A stretch of DNA of 64,000 nucleotides from an uncultured Acidobacteriota bacterium (GTDB taxonomy: Bacteria; Acidobacteriota; UBA6911). The stretch spans positions 64,001 through 128,000 of the forward strand of contig CAWEJX010000008.1 in NCBI GenBank assembly GCA_963809485.1, in the 5' to 3' direction. The notes under the pieces are model-generated. The model ran no database searches. It worked only from the letters and a program-made list of their open reading frames with translations, and was not told the origin of the DNA. Position numbers and translations under genes: made by a program. Positions 29,110-39,226 of the stretch are shown one piece after another. Position 1 is the first letter of the stretch. The number at the start of each line of letters is the position of its first letter.

Positions 29110-29500
29110 CCGGCAAAACCGGAGGCTTGAAAGATTTGAACCGCTCAAAGCGGTTGGACTAGTTACGCCGGTCTTGAACGCTGACTTACGCGGGCAAAAG
29201 CCGATGAGGCGCTTCCGATCACCGCAGGGGCCAGCGCTCCGCGCTGGACAGTTTTCTGCGGCGGCACTGTGGCAAGCGCCGTACGGCAAGGAGATGAAGG
29301 GTATGAGAAACCGGGCGTTTGCCACAGTGCCGCCGCAGAAAACTCCATCGGAAGCGCCTCATCGGCTTTTGCTCGCCGACCCTCGCCGAACAAATCGGCG
29401 TTTGTCAGCGCTTTTATCAGCGTTTCTCAGCGTTTCAAAATACGGAGCTGTCAAACTCTTTGAGTCTTCCGGCAGAGCCGGGGGTTTACCAATGTAATTA
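29110..29500. mobile_element. Copy 3 of the IS200/IS605-like element, with two nested perfect 26-bp inverted repeats
   Basis: Same ends as copy 2, inverted. IRs at 29194-29219/29347-29372 and 29250-29275/29319-29344. Confidence 0.8.
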
Positions 29501-29533
29501 TGAAGAGTCCGGCGTGACGGACCGGGCGCATCC

Positions 29534-31285
29534 ATGACCTTGAGAAACTATTCGAAGCTGCAATCACCTCTCGCGCACGCGCTCGTGCTGCTCGCGATTT
29601 CCCTACCCTATTTCATAAATCTGGGGAAATCCTCCATCTGGGACGCCAACGAAGCTTTTTACGCGGAGACGCCCCGCGAGATGCTGGTCACCGGGGACTA
29701 CCTCGCGCCTCAATTTAATTTTCAGCCTCGTGCACAGAAGCCTCCTCTCACCTACTGGATTGTCCTGGCTTCGTACAAGGTTTTCGGGGTCAGCGAATTT
29801 GCGGTCCGGTTGCCCTCGGCTCTTGCCGCTGCGGGCACGATTCTTTTTTCTTATGCAACCGCGCGGATGCTCTTCAATCCGCATGCTGCTCTCATGGCCG
29901 CCCTGGTCATCGCCGCAACCCCGCGCATTTTCATACTGGCGCGCAGACTGCCCATTGATGTCCTGCTGTTGTTTTTTCTGTCTGGAGCGCTGTTTTTCCT
30001 GGTGCGCTCCGTTCAACAAAACAGGACAAGCGCCTGGGCACTTGCGTACTTGTTTGCCGGCCTGGGCTTTCTAACCAAAGGCCCCATAGCCCTCGTCATA
30101 CCCGCAGGCTCCTATCTGGTATGGGCGTTCTGGGGACGCCGGCTCCGATGGTCGGACGTGCATTTCTGGATGGGCTCGGCGATTTTGCTGGCGGTGGTGC
30201 TGCCCTGGTACGTGTGGATTTATCGAGCACACGGCTGGATGTACATTTCCCCCTTCTTCCTGAGAGATAATCTCGGGCGGTTTGCATCCCAGTCTCTCGG
30301 ACCCTCCAGGGGACCGCTGTACTATACAACCGTCTATATTGCAGACTTTTTCCCCTGGTCGCTGATGGCGCTGGTCGCCGTGTGGCTGTTATTTTCAAGC
30401 CGCAAAACGGAACAACCGATGAAAAGCCTTTCCTGGGGATTGCCGCTGGCATGGTGCGGGCTGATATTTGTTCTGTTTTCGCTGTCGAAAAACAAGCAGG
30501 AATATTATATCGCTCCCATGTATCCCCTGGCGGCGATCATACTTTCCGGCATTCTGGACAAAAGCCTGTATCGGACGATTCGAGAGGGCGCCTTGCATGC
30601 TCCGGCTGCACCGGAACCGATGAAGGCCCAAGCTGCTGCCTTGCGCTGCTGGCGCTGGCTGTACGCTCTGCTATGCGTGCTTTTTATTGCGTTGTCCGCC
30701 ATCCTGGCGTTTGCGCTGCGGGCATTCATGCCCAACCTGCCGCCCGTGCTGCGCTATATCCCATCGCTCGTTTTCGGGGCGGCAGGCATTCTGACAGCCT
30801 GGAGCCTTGTCCGCGGCAAAATCGGGCGGTGTTTTCCTATCCTTGCCGTATCACTGGTAACGGCCTACTGGATATGTCCCTGGTTTTACCTGCCGGCGGC
30901 GGAAGCTTTCCGCCCGGTCAAGGATTTTTGCCGGATTATCGAATCGCATTCGCGTGCGGACGACGAAGCGGGCTATTATGGGACGGCGCTGCCCAGCATG
31001 GTTTTTTACCTGCGGCGGCCTGTTTTCGAGGAAAACCATGCGGAAGGCATGCGGCGCAGGTTTGAATCGGGCCGGCGGGTTTTTTGCATATTGAGCGGGA
31101 AGGATTACGCGCTTTTCGCGCGTCGCGGAGCTGCGGCCCTATACATATTGGACCGCCGCCCCCGTTTGGCCTTGCGCATGCGCTCGCTGCTGAGTTCCGG
31201 CGGGTCCCCTGGAGAGGAAATGCTGCTGGTGTCCAACCGCCCGGACTCGGCGCTGGCATTCAATAGGGATCGCCCGACATCATGA
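29534..31285 (+). CDS. ArnT/GT-C-like (PMT_2) membrane glycosyltransferase
   Basis: WDANEAFYAETPREML, QKPPLTYW, VRLPSAL, LTKGP, LPWY, FFPWS, YIAPMYP. Confidence 0.88.
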   Translation: MTLRNYSKLQSPLAHALVLLAISLPYFINLGKSSIWDANEAFYAETPREMLVTGDYLAPQFNFQPRAQKPPLTYWIVLASYKVFGVSEFAVRLPSALAAAGTILFSYATARMLFNPHAALMAALVIAATPRIFILARRLPIDVLLLFFLSGALFFLVRSVQQNRTSAWALAYLFAGLGFLTKGPIALVIPAGSYLVWAFWGRRLRWSDVHFWMGSAILLAVVLPWYVWIYRAHGWMYISPFFLRDNLGRFASQSLGPSRGPLYYTTVYIADFFPWSLMALVAVWLLFSSRKTEQPMKSLSWGLPLAWCGLIFVLFSLSKNKQEYYIAPMYPLAAIILSGILDKSLYRTIREGALHAPAAPEPMKAQAAALRCWRWLYALLCVLFIALSAILAFALRAFMPNLPPVLRYIPSLVFGAAGILTAWSLVRGKIGRCFPILAVSLVTAYWICPWFYLPAAEAFRPVKDFCRIIESHSRADDEAGYYGTALPSMVFYLRRPVFEENHAEGMRRRFESGRRVFCILSGKDYALFARRGAAALYILDRRPRLALRMRSLLSSGGSPGEEMLLVSNRPDSALAFNRDRPTS

Positions 31286-32262
31286 AATCCAGAATATTTG
31301 TCCTAGTGAAGCTGGCGGTCACCACTCTGATGTTCGTCTACCTTTTCCGGAAGATCGAATTCCGTCAATTTGGCGACATTCTTCAGAATGCACAGCTGGG
31401 TATCCTGATGGCCGGATTCCTCGTGATATGGATGGCCCATTTTATAGTCATTTTTCGCTGGCGCCTGCTCATGCGCCCGCTGATGGCGGTGCCTTCGGTT
31501 GCGATTCTCTTTGGCATTTATTGTATCGGCCTTTTTTTCAATCTGACCTTCCCGACCGTGGTAGGAGGCGATGTCGTCAAGATCTATTACGCAGGCAGGC
31601 CCACCCGATCCTATGCGCAGAGTTTTGCCTCCACATTCCTGGACCGCGACGCGGGAATGCTGGCCATGATGATCATCGCCTGCGTCGCCATTCTCATTCA
31701 CCCGGTTCATGTCCCCGGTGTTCCGGTGCCACTTATCATCTGGGGCGTTTTCGCGCTTTTCATCTTCGGCAATATCGCCCTATTCGCGCCATATTTCCAC
31801 CGGCTGCTGACCGGTTTGCTGCGCCGTATGCGCCTGACGAAAATTGCCGCGAAAATCGATACCATTTCCAGCGCATTTCAGATCATGGGCCGCCAGCCGG
31901 GCGTACTCCTGGGGGCTCTGTCCATCTCATTCGTCAACCAGCTGCTGGTCATCTCCGTGACCTGGATCCTGGCGATGGGACTTCACCTTCATTTGCCATT
32001 TCCGTATTTTCTGGTTTTCGTTCCGGTCATAACCCTGATCTCGATGATTCCCATCAGCCTGAACGGCATGGGATTGAGGGAATATTCCTTCATGAGCCTG
32101 TTCGGGGCGGTCGGCGTGCCGCCGGAGTCCTGCATCGCCCTGGGACTGGCTTCCTCCCTTGTTTTGATCCTTTCCTCCATCCCGGGGGGAATCGTCTATC
32201 TGTTTTTCAGGAACCGGGCCGATATGCAGCAACTGTCCGAAATGGAAAACGAATTCTCATGA
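31282..32262 (+). CDS. Lysylphosphatidylglycerol synthase TM / flippase-like protein
   Basis: FRW, GLFFNLTFPTVVGGDVVK, DR, IPISLNGMGLRE. ATGA overlap with the upstream gene. Confidence 0.85.
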   Translation: MKSRIFVLVKLAVTTLMFVYLFRKIEFRQFGDILQNAQLGILMAGFLVIWMAHFIVIFRWRLLMRPLMAVPSVAILFGIYCIGLFFNLTFPTVVGGDVVKIYYAGRPTRSYAQSFASTFLDRDAGMLAMMIIACVAILIHPVHVPGVPVPLIIWGVFALFIFGNIALFAPYFHRLLTGLLRRMRLTKIAAKIDTISSAFQIMGRQPGVLLGALSISFVNQLLVISVTWILAMGLHLHLPFPYFLVFVPVITLISMIPISLNGMGLREYSFMSLFGAVGVPPESCIALGLASSLVLILSSIPGGIVYLFFRNRADMQQLSEMENEFS

Positions 32263-33254
32263 GCGAAAAGATCTCGATTATCGTTCCTGTGTACAACGAA
32301 CGGGAAAACCTGGATGCGCTTGTTCGCGGCCTTCATGAGGCAATGGAGCCAACCGGAGAGGACTACGAAGTTCTGCTCATCGACGACGGCAGCACCGACG
32401 GAAGCGCAGCGTATATGGAATCGCTGCCACAAAAATACCCCCGGGTGCGCGTGATACGATTTCGAAGAAACTTCGGTCAGACGGCGGCCATGGCAGCGGG
32501 TTTCGACTACGCCGCCGGCAGTATCCTGGTTCCTATCGACGCGGATCTGCAGAACGATCCGCGGGACATACCCTCGATCCTCGCCAGGCTGCGGGAGGGA
32601 TACGACGTCGTCAGCTGCTGGCGCCAGGACCGGCAGGATCCATGGCTGACGCGCCGGCTGCCCTCGAAATTCGCCAATATGCTCATCTCCCGCATCGGGG
32701 GAGTCTCCCTTCACGACTACGGGTGCACGCTGAAGGGATATCGCCGTGAAGTTGTCGAACACATAAGGCTTTACGGGGAAATGCATCGCTTTATACCCAT
32801 CTATGCTTCCTGGGCGGGAGCCAGCGTCACCGAAATCCCGGTACGGCACCATGCACGCAAATTCGGCGCCAGCAAGTACGGGCTGTCGCGCACCTTCAAA
32901 GTCCTATTGGACCTGATTACGCTTAAAATGCTCGGAAGCTATTCCACCAAGCCGATGTATTTTTTCGGAGGTGTCGGATTGCTTTCCTGCAGCGGCGGTT
33001 TCTTTTTTGCTGCCTGGACTCTGTTGGACAAATATGTCAACAGTGTCAAAGCCCATAACAATCCTCTGCTGCTGCTCGCGGTTTTTCTTTTTCTCGTCGG
33101 CATTCAGTTTATTTTGATGGGGCTGGTCGCAGAGCTCGTGATTCGTACCTATTTTGAATCTCAGGGGAAGCCGCCGTACATCGTCCGGTATATACGGGAA
33201 CGCAAGATTACGCCCGAAGCGGCGCACGGCCCGGACAGAACTTCGGATCCATAA
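32259..33254 (+). CDS. GT2 polyprenol-phosphate glycosyltransferase (ArnC/GtrB-like)
   Basis: ISIIVPVYNE, DDGSTD, RNFGQTAA, DADLQNDP, two C-terminal TMs. Start ATG 32259 overlaps the upstream stop. Confidence 0.92.
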   Translation: MSEKISIIVPVYNERENLDALVRGLHEAMEPTGEDYEVLLIDDGSTDGSAAYMESLPQKYPRVRVIRFRRNFGQTAAMAAGFDYAAGSILVPIDADLQNDPRDIPSILARLREGYDVVSCWRQDRQDPWLTRRLPSKFANMLISRIGGVSLHDYGCTLKGYRREVVEHIRLYGEMHRFIPIYASWAGASVTEIPVRHHARKFGASKYGLSRTFKVLLDLITLKMLGSYSTKPMYFFGGVGLLSCSGGFFFAAWTLLDKYVNSVKAHNNPLLLLAVFLFLVGIQFILMGLVAELVIRTYFESQGKPPYIVRYIRERKITPEAAHGPDRTSDP

Positions 33255-33406
33255 TCGGGGTCCGGTCATGGGATTCGGGGGAAAAGAGAAAATGCACCGA
33301 TACGGGTTTACAATCGCGCGTCTCCGCTTTCCAATCCGCGGCTTGCGGCTGTCCAACGACCCTGTCGCTGCCGGGAGCTGTGAGGAACGGGATTCAGGAT
33401 TTTGAT

Positions 33407-34192
33407 ATGACGGACACTCAATTGTTTTTGGAGCAGTTTGCGTTTCAGTCGCATGCGCTGGTCAATTTTGTCGGGGGCGGCGGGAAGACGGCCCTGATAC
33501 ACAGGCTGATGCAGGAATGCTCCGCCTCCGGGACGGTTCTCTGCACGACCACCACCAGAATCCATCCCCCGGGACCCGGCGAAGGATTGGTCCTGATCTC
33601 CACCGACAACCTTCCTCTTCTGAAGATAATGGCGGAACGCGTCGGCCGCGACCAAACGGAAAAACCCTACAAGCTTATTGTCACCCGCGGCTTCATGAGC
33701 CCAAACCTCCTGCGGGGCGTCCCCGCCGATTTCGGCGACGCGCTGGACCGCAGTTTGTTCCCCATAATGCTCAACGAAGCGGACGGCGCCGCGAGCTTTT
33801 CCGTCAAACTGCCCCGTGAGGGGGAACCTGTTCTGATGAACAACGCCGAATACCTGGTTCCTGTCCTGGGCATGGATTGCCTGAATCAACCGATCGGGCC
33901 GACGGTCGTTTTCCGCTTCCGCGCTTTGGGAAAGCTCTTCTCTCTGCGGGAAGGATATCCGCTTACTCCCCAGACGGTGGCAAACATACTGATGCACCGT
34001 CAGGGAGTGTGCAAAGGCTGGCAGGAGGGCATGACCCTCATCCCCTTTATCAACAAGGTGGATGATGCATCGCAGGATGGCGTCGCAAGGGATCTGGCCC
34101 TGCGCATCCTGCACAACAGCAACTTTCCCGTGAAGCGGGTGCTGTTCGGCAGCGTGCTTCATGGAAAAATCGACTCGATTTCCGCTTCCTGA
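33407..34192 (+). CDS. yqeC: Selenium-dependent hydroxylase accessory protein YqeC-like
   Basis: VGGGGKT, TTTTRI, EADGA...K.PREGEPV, INKVD. Confidence 0.78.
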   Translation: MTDTQLFLEQFAFQSHALVNFVGGGGKTALIHRLMQECSASGTVLCTTTTRIHPPGPGEGLVLISTDNLPLLKIMAERVGRDQTEKPYKLIVTRGFMSPNLLRGVPADFGDALDRSLFPIMLNEADGAASFSVKLPREGEPVLMNNAEYLVPVLGMDCLNQPIGPTVVFRFRALGKLFSLREGYPLTPQTVANILMHRQGVCKGWQEGMTLIPFINKVDDASQDGVARDLALRILHNSNFPVKRVLFGSVLHGKIDSISAS

Positions 34193-34197
34193 CAACC

Positions 34198-35004
34198 ATG
34201 AAAGCCTCCCGGATCGAAAGCAGAGACAATCCGCTGATTAAGACCATCCGTCGCGTGGCAGGAGCCTCACGACAGGCTCCGGAAGAACTGGTGATTGCCG
34301 AAGGCATGCGCGTGCTGGAGGAAGTTGAGCGCGCCGGTTGTGAAATAGAGGCTGCGGTATTTTCGGAGAACTTCGGGCGTTCCCCAAGGGAGCGAAGACT
34401 GCTACAGGTATGGAGTTCGCGGGCCATTCGCGCTTGCAGGGTCCCGGAAAGCCTCTTCGAATATATCTCGGGCGTCCAGACACCCCAGGGCTCCCTGGCC
34501 CTGGTGCGCATCCCCATTCTGTCCCTTTCGAATGTCCGCCCCTCCCCGGAATGCCTCATCCTTTTTGCCTGCGGGATCCAGGATCCCGGCAATCTCGGCA
34601 CGCTGATCCGTACAGCCGCCGCAGCCGGTGCAAGTCTGGTTTGCACCGCCCCGGGCACGGTTTCAGCCAGAAATCCCAAAGTGATCCGCGCCAGCGCCGG
34701 CACATTTTTTCGCCTCCCTGTGGCTGAAAATATCGGGCTTTCGGACTTCCGGCAATATTGCGAGCATAACGCCATACGGCTATACCGGACCGATACGCGG
34801 GAGGGGACGGTCTATACCAAAGCGGAATTGCAGTCGTCCTGCGCCATTCTGCTGGGCAACGAAGGCGGCGGCCTGTCGGAAAAGGAATCTGCCGGAATTG
34901 CGGCAATACGAATCCCCATGGCAAAGGGAGTAGAATCACTTAATGTGGCCATGGCAGGATCGATCATACTTTTTGAGGCTGCCAGACAGCGCATGAAGTT
35001 TTAG
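34198..35004 (+). CDS. TrmH/SpoU family RNA methyltransferase
   Basis: IQDPGNLGTLIRTA, LGNEGGGL, IPM...ESLNVA. Confidence 0.92.
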   Translation: MKASRIESRDNPLIKTIRRVAGASRQAPEELVIAEGMRVLEEVERAGCEIEAAVFSENFGRSPRERRLLQVWSSRAIRACRVPESLFEYISGVQTPQGSLALVRIPILSLSNVRPSPECLILFACGIQDPGNLGTLIRTAAAAGASLVCTAPGTVSARNPKVIRASAGTFFRLPVAENIGLSDFRQYCEHNAIRLYRTDTREGTVYTKAELQSSCAILLGNEGGGLSEKESAGIAAIRIPMAKGVESLNVAMAGSIILFEAARQRMKF

Positions 35005-35026
35005 AGAACATTCATGCTCAGGCGCC

Positions 35027-36391
35027 GTGGAGTCCAGGATGCCCCGGACACTTTTTCCCGAATCTGACCAACCGCCGGTAACGGGCGAAACGCCCCTGGC
35101 TGAGCGCCTGCGCCCGCGCAGCCTGGATGAGATCCTCGGCCAGGAACACCTCATAGGAAAGGGCAAGGTCCTGCGGGTGATGGTGGAACAGGACCAGCTT
35201 ACGTCCATTATTCTCTGGGGCCCTCCGGGAACCGGGAAGACCACGCTGGCCCGTATCATGGCCAAACAGACCCGCTCGCCCTTTGTTGCCTACAGCGCCG
35301 TTCTCTCCGGTATCAAAGAGATCAAGACCGTCATGGCCGAAGCCGAAACCTACTTCCGCCGGGCTCAGGGAAAAACGGTCGTATTCGTTGATGAAATCCA
35401 TCGTTTTAACAAAGCCCAGCAGGATGCATTCCTGCCCTATGTGGAATCGGGCGTCATCGTGCTCATCGGAGCGACAACCGAAAATCCCTCATTTGAAGTG
35501 ATCGGCCCGCTGCTATCGCGCTGCAAAGTTTATGTTCTTAATCCCCTGCAGCCGGACGAAATTGAAGCGATCCTGCGCCGCGCCCTAACCGACGGCGAGC
35601 GGGGGCTGGGCCAGCTTTCCGTTACCGCGCCGGACGAAGTGCTGCACCAGCTGGCTGTATATGCCAACGGCGATGCCCGCATCGCGCTCAATATTTTTGA
35701 GCTTGCCGTTTCCCTGGTACAGGGGCGCAACCCGGGCGCGCCGCCTGTTGTGACCACAGCCGACCTGGAATCTGCGTTGCAGCGCAAAATCCTTCAGTAC
35801 GACAAGGCGGGAGAGGAACACTACAACCTCATTTCTGCACTGCACAAATCGATGCGCAACAGCGATCCCGACGCTTCCCTGTACTGGCTCGGCCGCATGC
35901 TGGAGGCAGGGGAAGATCCTGTTTATATCGCGCGCCGTATGGTGAGGTTCGCCTCCGAAGACGTAGGACTGGCCGATGTCCGGGCATTGAGTGTCGCGTT
36001 GAATGCAACCGACGCCGTTCGCCTGGTCGGATTGCCCGAATGCAAACTTGCGCTTGCCCAGGCTGCCGTCTACTTGTCCATCGCCCCGAAATCAAACGCC
36101 CTCTATACGGGCTATTCCGCGGTGGTTTCCGATGTCCAGAGCAGTTTCAACGAGCCTCCCCCCCTGCATATCCGAAACGCACCCACGAACCTGATGAAGG
36201 AGTTGGGATACGGCAAAGGATATCAATATGCCCACGATACCACGGAAAAGGTCGCCGACATGGAGTGCCTGCCGGAATCGTTGCGCGGCCGGCGCTATTA
36301 TCATCCGACAGACCAGGGTATGGAACGGCGCATCGGAGAAATTCTGGCCGATATAAGGGAAAGAAAGAAGCGAACCTCAGCCAAAAGCTGA
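35027..36391 (+). CDS. rarA: Replication-associated recombination protein A (MgsA)
   Basis: PLAERLRP, WGPPGTGKTT, DEIHRFNKAQQD, ISALHKSMR, ASEDVG. Start 35027 or 35039. Confidence 0.95.
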   Translation: MESRMPRTLFPESDQPPVTGETPLAERLRPRSLDEILGQEHLIGKGKVLRVMVEQDQLTSIILWGPPGTGKTTLARIMAKQTRSPFVAYSAVLSGIKEIKTVMAEAETYFRRAQGKTVVFVDEIHRFNKAQQDAFLPYVESGVIVLIGATTENPSFEVIGPLLSRCKVYVLNPLQPDEIEAILRRALTDGERGLGQLSVTAPDEVLHQLAVYANGDARIALNIFELAVSLVQGRNPGAPPVVTTADLESALQRKILQYDKAGEEHYNLISALHKSMRNSDPDASLYWLGRMLEAGEDPVYIARRMVRFASEDVGLADVRALSVALNATDAVRLVGLPECKLALAQAAVYLSIAPKSNALYTGYSAVVSDVQSSFNEPPPLHIRNAPTNLMKELGYGKGYQYAHDTTEKVADMECLPESLRGRRYYHPTDQGMERRIGEILADIRERKKRTSAKS

Positions 36392-36451
36392 CACTGCGGC
36401 GAGATCACTTATACTGGTTCGCTTTTGTAGCCCAGCCGGAGGAAACCGGTG

Positions 36452-37294
36452 CTAAAATTGATATCTTATGTAATAGATTAACACTACCAAGGCAAGTATC
36501 CATCGATAAATGATAAATGGGAACAAACTTTTGGTCTGCAAATAGCGCAGGAAATAGCGGATGCATAGGAAACCGGTGATAGCGGCGCAAAGCGTTCCGG
36601 TTGCCATTGCCAATACAGCCCAGCCCGCAACTGCCGTGTCGGCCGCCGGGTAGCGGGCAGCCTCCACCATGCGCAAGCTTGACAGGATCCCGGCTCCGAT
36701 GATTACGGGTGTGGACAAAAGGAAGGAAAATCTTGCGGCGCTTTGGCGGTCGCTGTCACGAAACATGGCGGCCGTGATGGTTACTCCGCTTCGCGATACT
36801 CCAGGAATCAGGGCGATTGCCTGGCACAAGCCGATCCAGATGCCATCGGCCCAGCTGAATTGCTCGATGGTGCGGTTCTGACGACCTTTTCGCTCCGCCC
36901 ACAGCAACAAAGCCCCAAATAGGACCAGCGTAAAAACCGTAATCAGTGGAGATCGAAGCTGCGTCTCAACCGCTTTTTCCAGCGCAAGTCCCATGACCAT
37001 AGCGGGCAGTGTGCCAACGACCAGGAGCCAGAAAAGCCTTTGAGACGGATTAGCCAGAAGGTTTCCCTGCCTGAATCCGCCGATCACCTCCCTTCCCAGC
37101 CGAATCCAGTCGGACCAGAAATAGGCCAGGACAGCGATAGCGGTGCCGACATGCAGGGAAACGTCAAAGACAATGCCCTCAGGACTCCAGCCCAAAAACC
37201 ACGGGACGAGAATCAGGTGTGCCGAACTGCTTATGGGTAAAAACTCCGTGAGTCCCTGGATAATGCCGAGAATTGCAGCCGAAAAAATCTCCAT
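36452..37294 (-). CDS. uppP: Undecaprenyl-diphosphatase
   Basis: LGIIQGLTEFLPISSSAHL, PGVSRSG, AARFSFLLS. Confidence 0.95.
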   Translation of the reverse strand: MEIFSAAILGIIQGLTEFLPISSSAHLILVPWFLGWSPEGIVFDVSLHVGTAIAVLAYFWSDWIRLGREVIGGFRQGNLLANPSQRLFWLLVVGTLPAMVMGLALEKAVETQLRSPLITVFTLVLFGALLLWAERKGRQNRTIEQFSWADGIWIGLCQAIALIPGVSRSGVTITAAMFRDSDRQSAARFSFLLSTPVIIGAGILSSLRMVEAARYPAADTAVAGWAVLAMATGTLCAAITGFLCIRYFLRYLQTKSLFPFIIYRWILALVVLIYYIRYQF

Positions 37295-37423
37295 CCAACC
37301 TCCGCGCCGCTAAAGCAGTGAATATTCTCCGGCATTGCCGGGCCTTACGGTTGCTGGTTCTTCAAAGGCGCCTGATCGCATCCGGCAAAAGATGAAAGAG
37401 GTCCCAACCGCCATAGATGCTTT

Positions 37424-37515
37424 GGAACCGCAGAATGTCGAATATCGAATGATGAATTTCGAAGTGTGGCTCTTGGCTCTGCGGTTCGATATTCGAAATT
37501 CGACATTCGATATTC
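37424..37515. repeat. About 90-bp TCGAATA-heptamer inverted-repeat element, copy 1
   Basis: GAACCGCAGAATGTCGAATATCGAATGATGAATTTCGAAGT...TCTGCGGTTCGATATTCGAAATTCGACATTCGATATT; inverted near-copy at 47091-47176. Confidence 0.75.
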
Positions 37516-37778
37516 CAGCGTTTATTTCTTTGGTTATTGTTCGGACCTGGGAACAAAAAATCCAGGATTTGTCAAACTCGTACTGTCTCCGGCAAAGCCG
37601 GGGGAATTCCCAACGGATTGGTGTCGGGATTATACTGTTCTTCCAAAGATGCGCGAAATAGAAAGTCAGCAGCCAGAAGCAGGAATCCGGAAGGTGGAAT
37701 TATTTGTTGGAGGAAATGTGCCAACGGCCAATTTGTTCTGGCTCCTGTCTTCCTTTTTCTTGCATCCTATCTTCCGGC

Positions 37779-38981
37779 TCATGGCTCCGTGAAGACCGTC
37801 TCGATTCTTTCCAGGGCCCAGTCGATTTCATCTTTTCCGATGATCAGCGGAGGCGCGAACCTTACCGTGTCCTCGTGAGTCTCTTTGCACAGCATGCCCA
37901 GGGTCATGAGCTTTTCACAGTAGCGCCTTGCCCCTCCCGCTTCAGGCATCAGCTCTACGCCAATCATCAGGCCTTTGCCTCGAACCTCACGGATAACCGG
38001 GCTCTTTATTTGTTTCAGCTGCCCCATGAAGTATTGGCCCATTTTCGCCGCGTTTTCGATCATGCCTTCTTCGATCAGCACTTTCAGCGCGGTTCGCGCG
38101 ACAGCGCAGGCCAGCGGATTGCCGCCGAAGGTGCTGCCGTGTTCTCCCGGACGCAGCACGCCCAGTACTTCGGTGCTGGAAAGCACCGCCGACACAGGGT
38201 AAAAGCCGCCCGAGAGCGCTTTGCCGATAATGGTCAAATCGGCTTCGACGTGATCGTGCTCTTCGGCCAGAAGCTTGCCGGTCCGCCCGAGACCGGTCTG
38301 GATTTCGTCAAGAACAAACAGGACACGGTTCCTCGCACAGATCTTTTGGGCTTCGGCCAGGTATCCGGCAGGCGGCACCAGGACTCCCGCCTCACCCTGG
38401 ATCGGCTCGACCAGGAACCCGGCCGTATTGGGTGTGATGGCCTTTTCCAGGGCCGCCGCGTCACCGAAAGGAACTACTTTGAATCCGGGCGTAAACGGTC
38501 CGAAACCTTCGCGGTAGTGCTCGTCGGTGCTGAAGCCGACAATCGTGATGGTGCGGCCGTGAAAATTATTGGCGCAAACGACGATTTCCGCCGCGTTGCG
38601 CGGCACACCCTTGACCTGATACGCCCACTTCCGCACGGCCTTGATAACGGTTTCTACAGCCTCCGCTCCGCTGTTCATGGGAAGGACTTTATGAGACCGG
38701 GTGAGATCGCAGAGCTCCTTGTAGAAAAGTCCCAGCTGATCGTTGCGGAACGCGCGGGAGGTCAGCGTGATTTTTTGCGCCTGCTCCTGAAGCGTGGCCA
38801 AAATCCTTGGATGGCAGTGTCCCTGGTTGACGGCCGAGTAAGCGGACAGGCAATCCATGTACTTGTTGCCATCCACATCCCACACCCATATTCCCTGGCC
38901 TCGCGTCAGGACAACATCCAGTGGTTTGTAGTTATGCGCGCCATAGGTTTCTTCCAGCTGTATGTAGCCCTTGGTGTCCAT
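37779..38981 (-). CDS. rocD: Ornithine--oxo-acid aminotransferase
   Basis: [56 protein letters not shown]. Confidence 0.94.
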   Translation of the reverse strand: MDTKGYIQLEETYGAHNYKPLDVVLTRGQGIWVWDVDGNKYMDCLSAYSAVNQGHCHPRILATLQEQAQKITLTSRAFRNDQLGLFYKELCDLTRSHKVLPMNSGAEAVETVIKAVRKWAYQVKGVPRNAAEIVVCANNFHGRTITIVGFSTDEHYREGFGPFTPGFKVVPFGDAAALEKAITPNTAGFLVEPIQGEAGVLVPPAGYLAEAQKICARNRVLFVLDEIQTGLGRTGKLLAEEHDHVEADLTIIGKALSGGFYPVSAVLSSTEVLGVLRPGEHGSTFGGNPLACAVARTALKVLIEEGMIENAAKMGQYFMGQLKQIKSPVIREVRGKGLMIGVELMPEAGGARRYCEKLMTLGMLCKETHEDTVRFAPPLIIGKDEIDWALERIETVFTEP

Positions 38982-39226
38982 AAATCCTCCTGCCGGGTAT
39001 CATAGAAATAGCATAGAGTCCCCTGGTCAGGCAACGCGCTGTTTTCCCGCAGCCTGCTGAAATCCCGGGATTCCGCCGTCCTCTTCGCCATCGGAGCCGG
39101 CCTTGCCGGCTGTCCGGTTTGAGGAGAAAATCTCCAAATTCCGGTTTCGGAACTTGAATCCGGTGGAATTCTTCGGGCGCCGGTATTATTCTTTCGCGTT
39201 TAGACATTGAGGGACGAGGAGCGTAC

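Noticed and set aside
29110-29500. Possible CRISPR array or tRNA-like structure in the palindromic repeats
   Set aside because: The repeats are inverted and nested, not regularly spaced direct repeats with unique spacers. No cas genes and no cloverleaf motifs.
31428-32258. 277-aa N-terminal extension of the GT2 ORF
   Set aside because: It is an alternative frame over the flippase-like gene with non-protein-like composition. GT2 homology begins at ATG 32259.
36455-36476. Second GATATCTTATGTAA dif-like match
   Set aside because: It lies within the uppP 3' coding end, and the XerC-side arm does not match.
37660-37778. Degenerate purine-rich/pyrimidine-rich 7-mer arms downstream of rocD (similar weak pattern at 10770-10885)
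   Set aside because: Possibly another decayed cassette, but too degenerate to delimit by eye.
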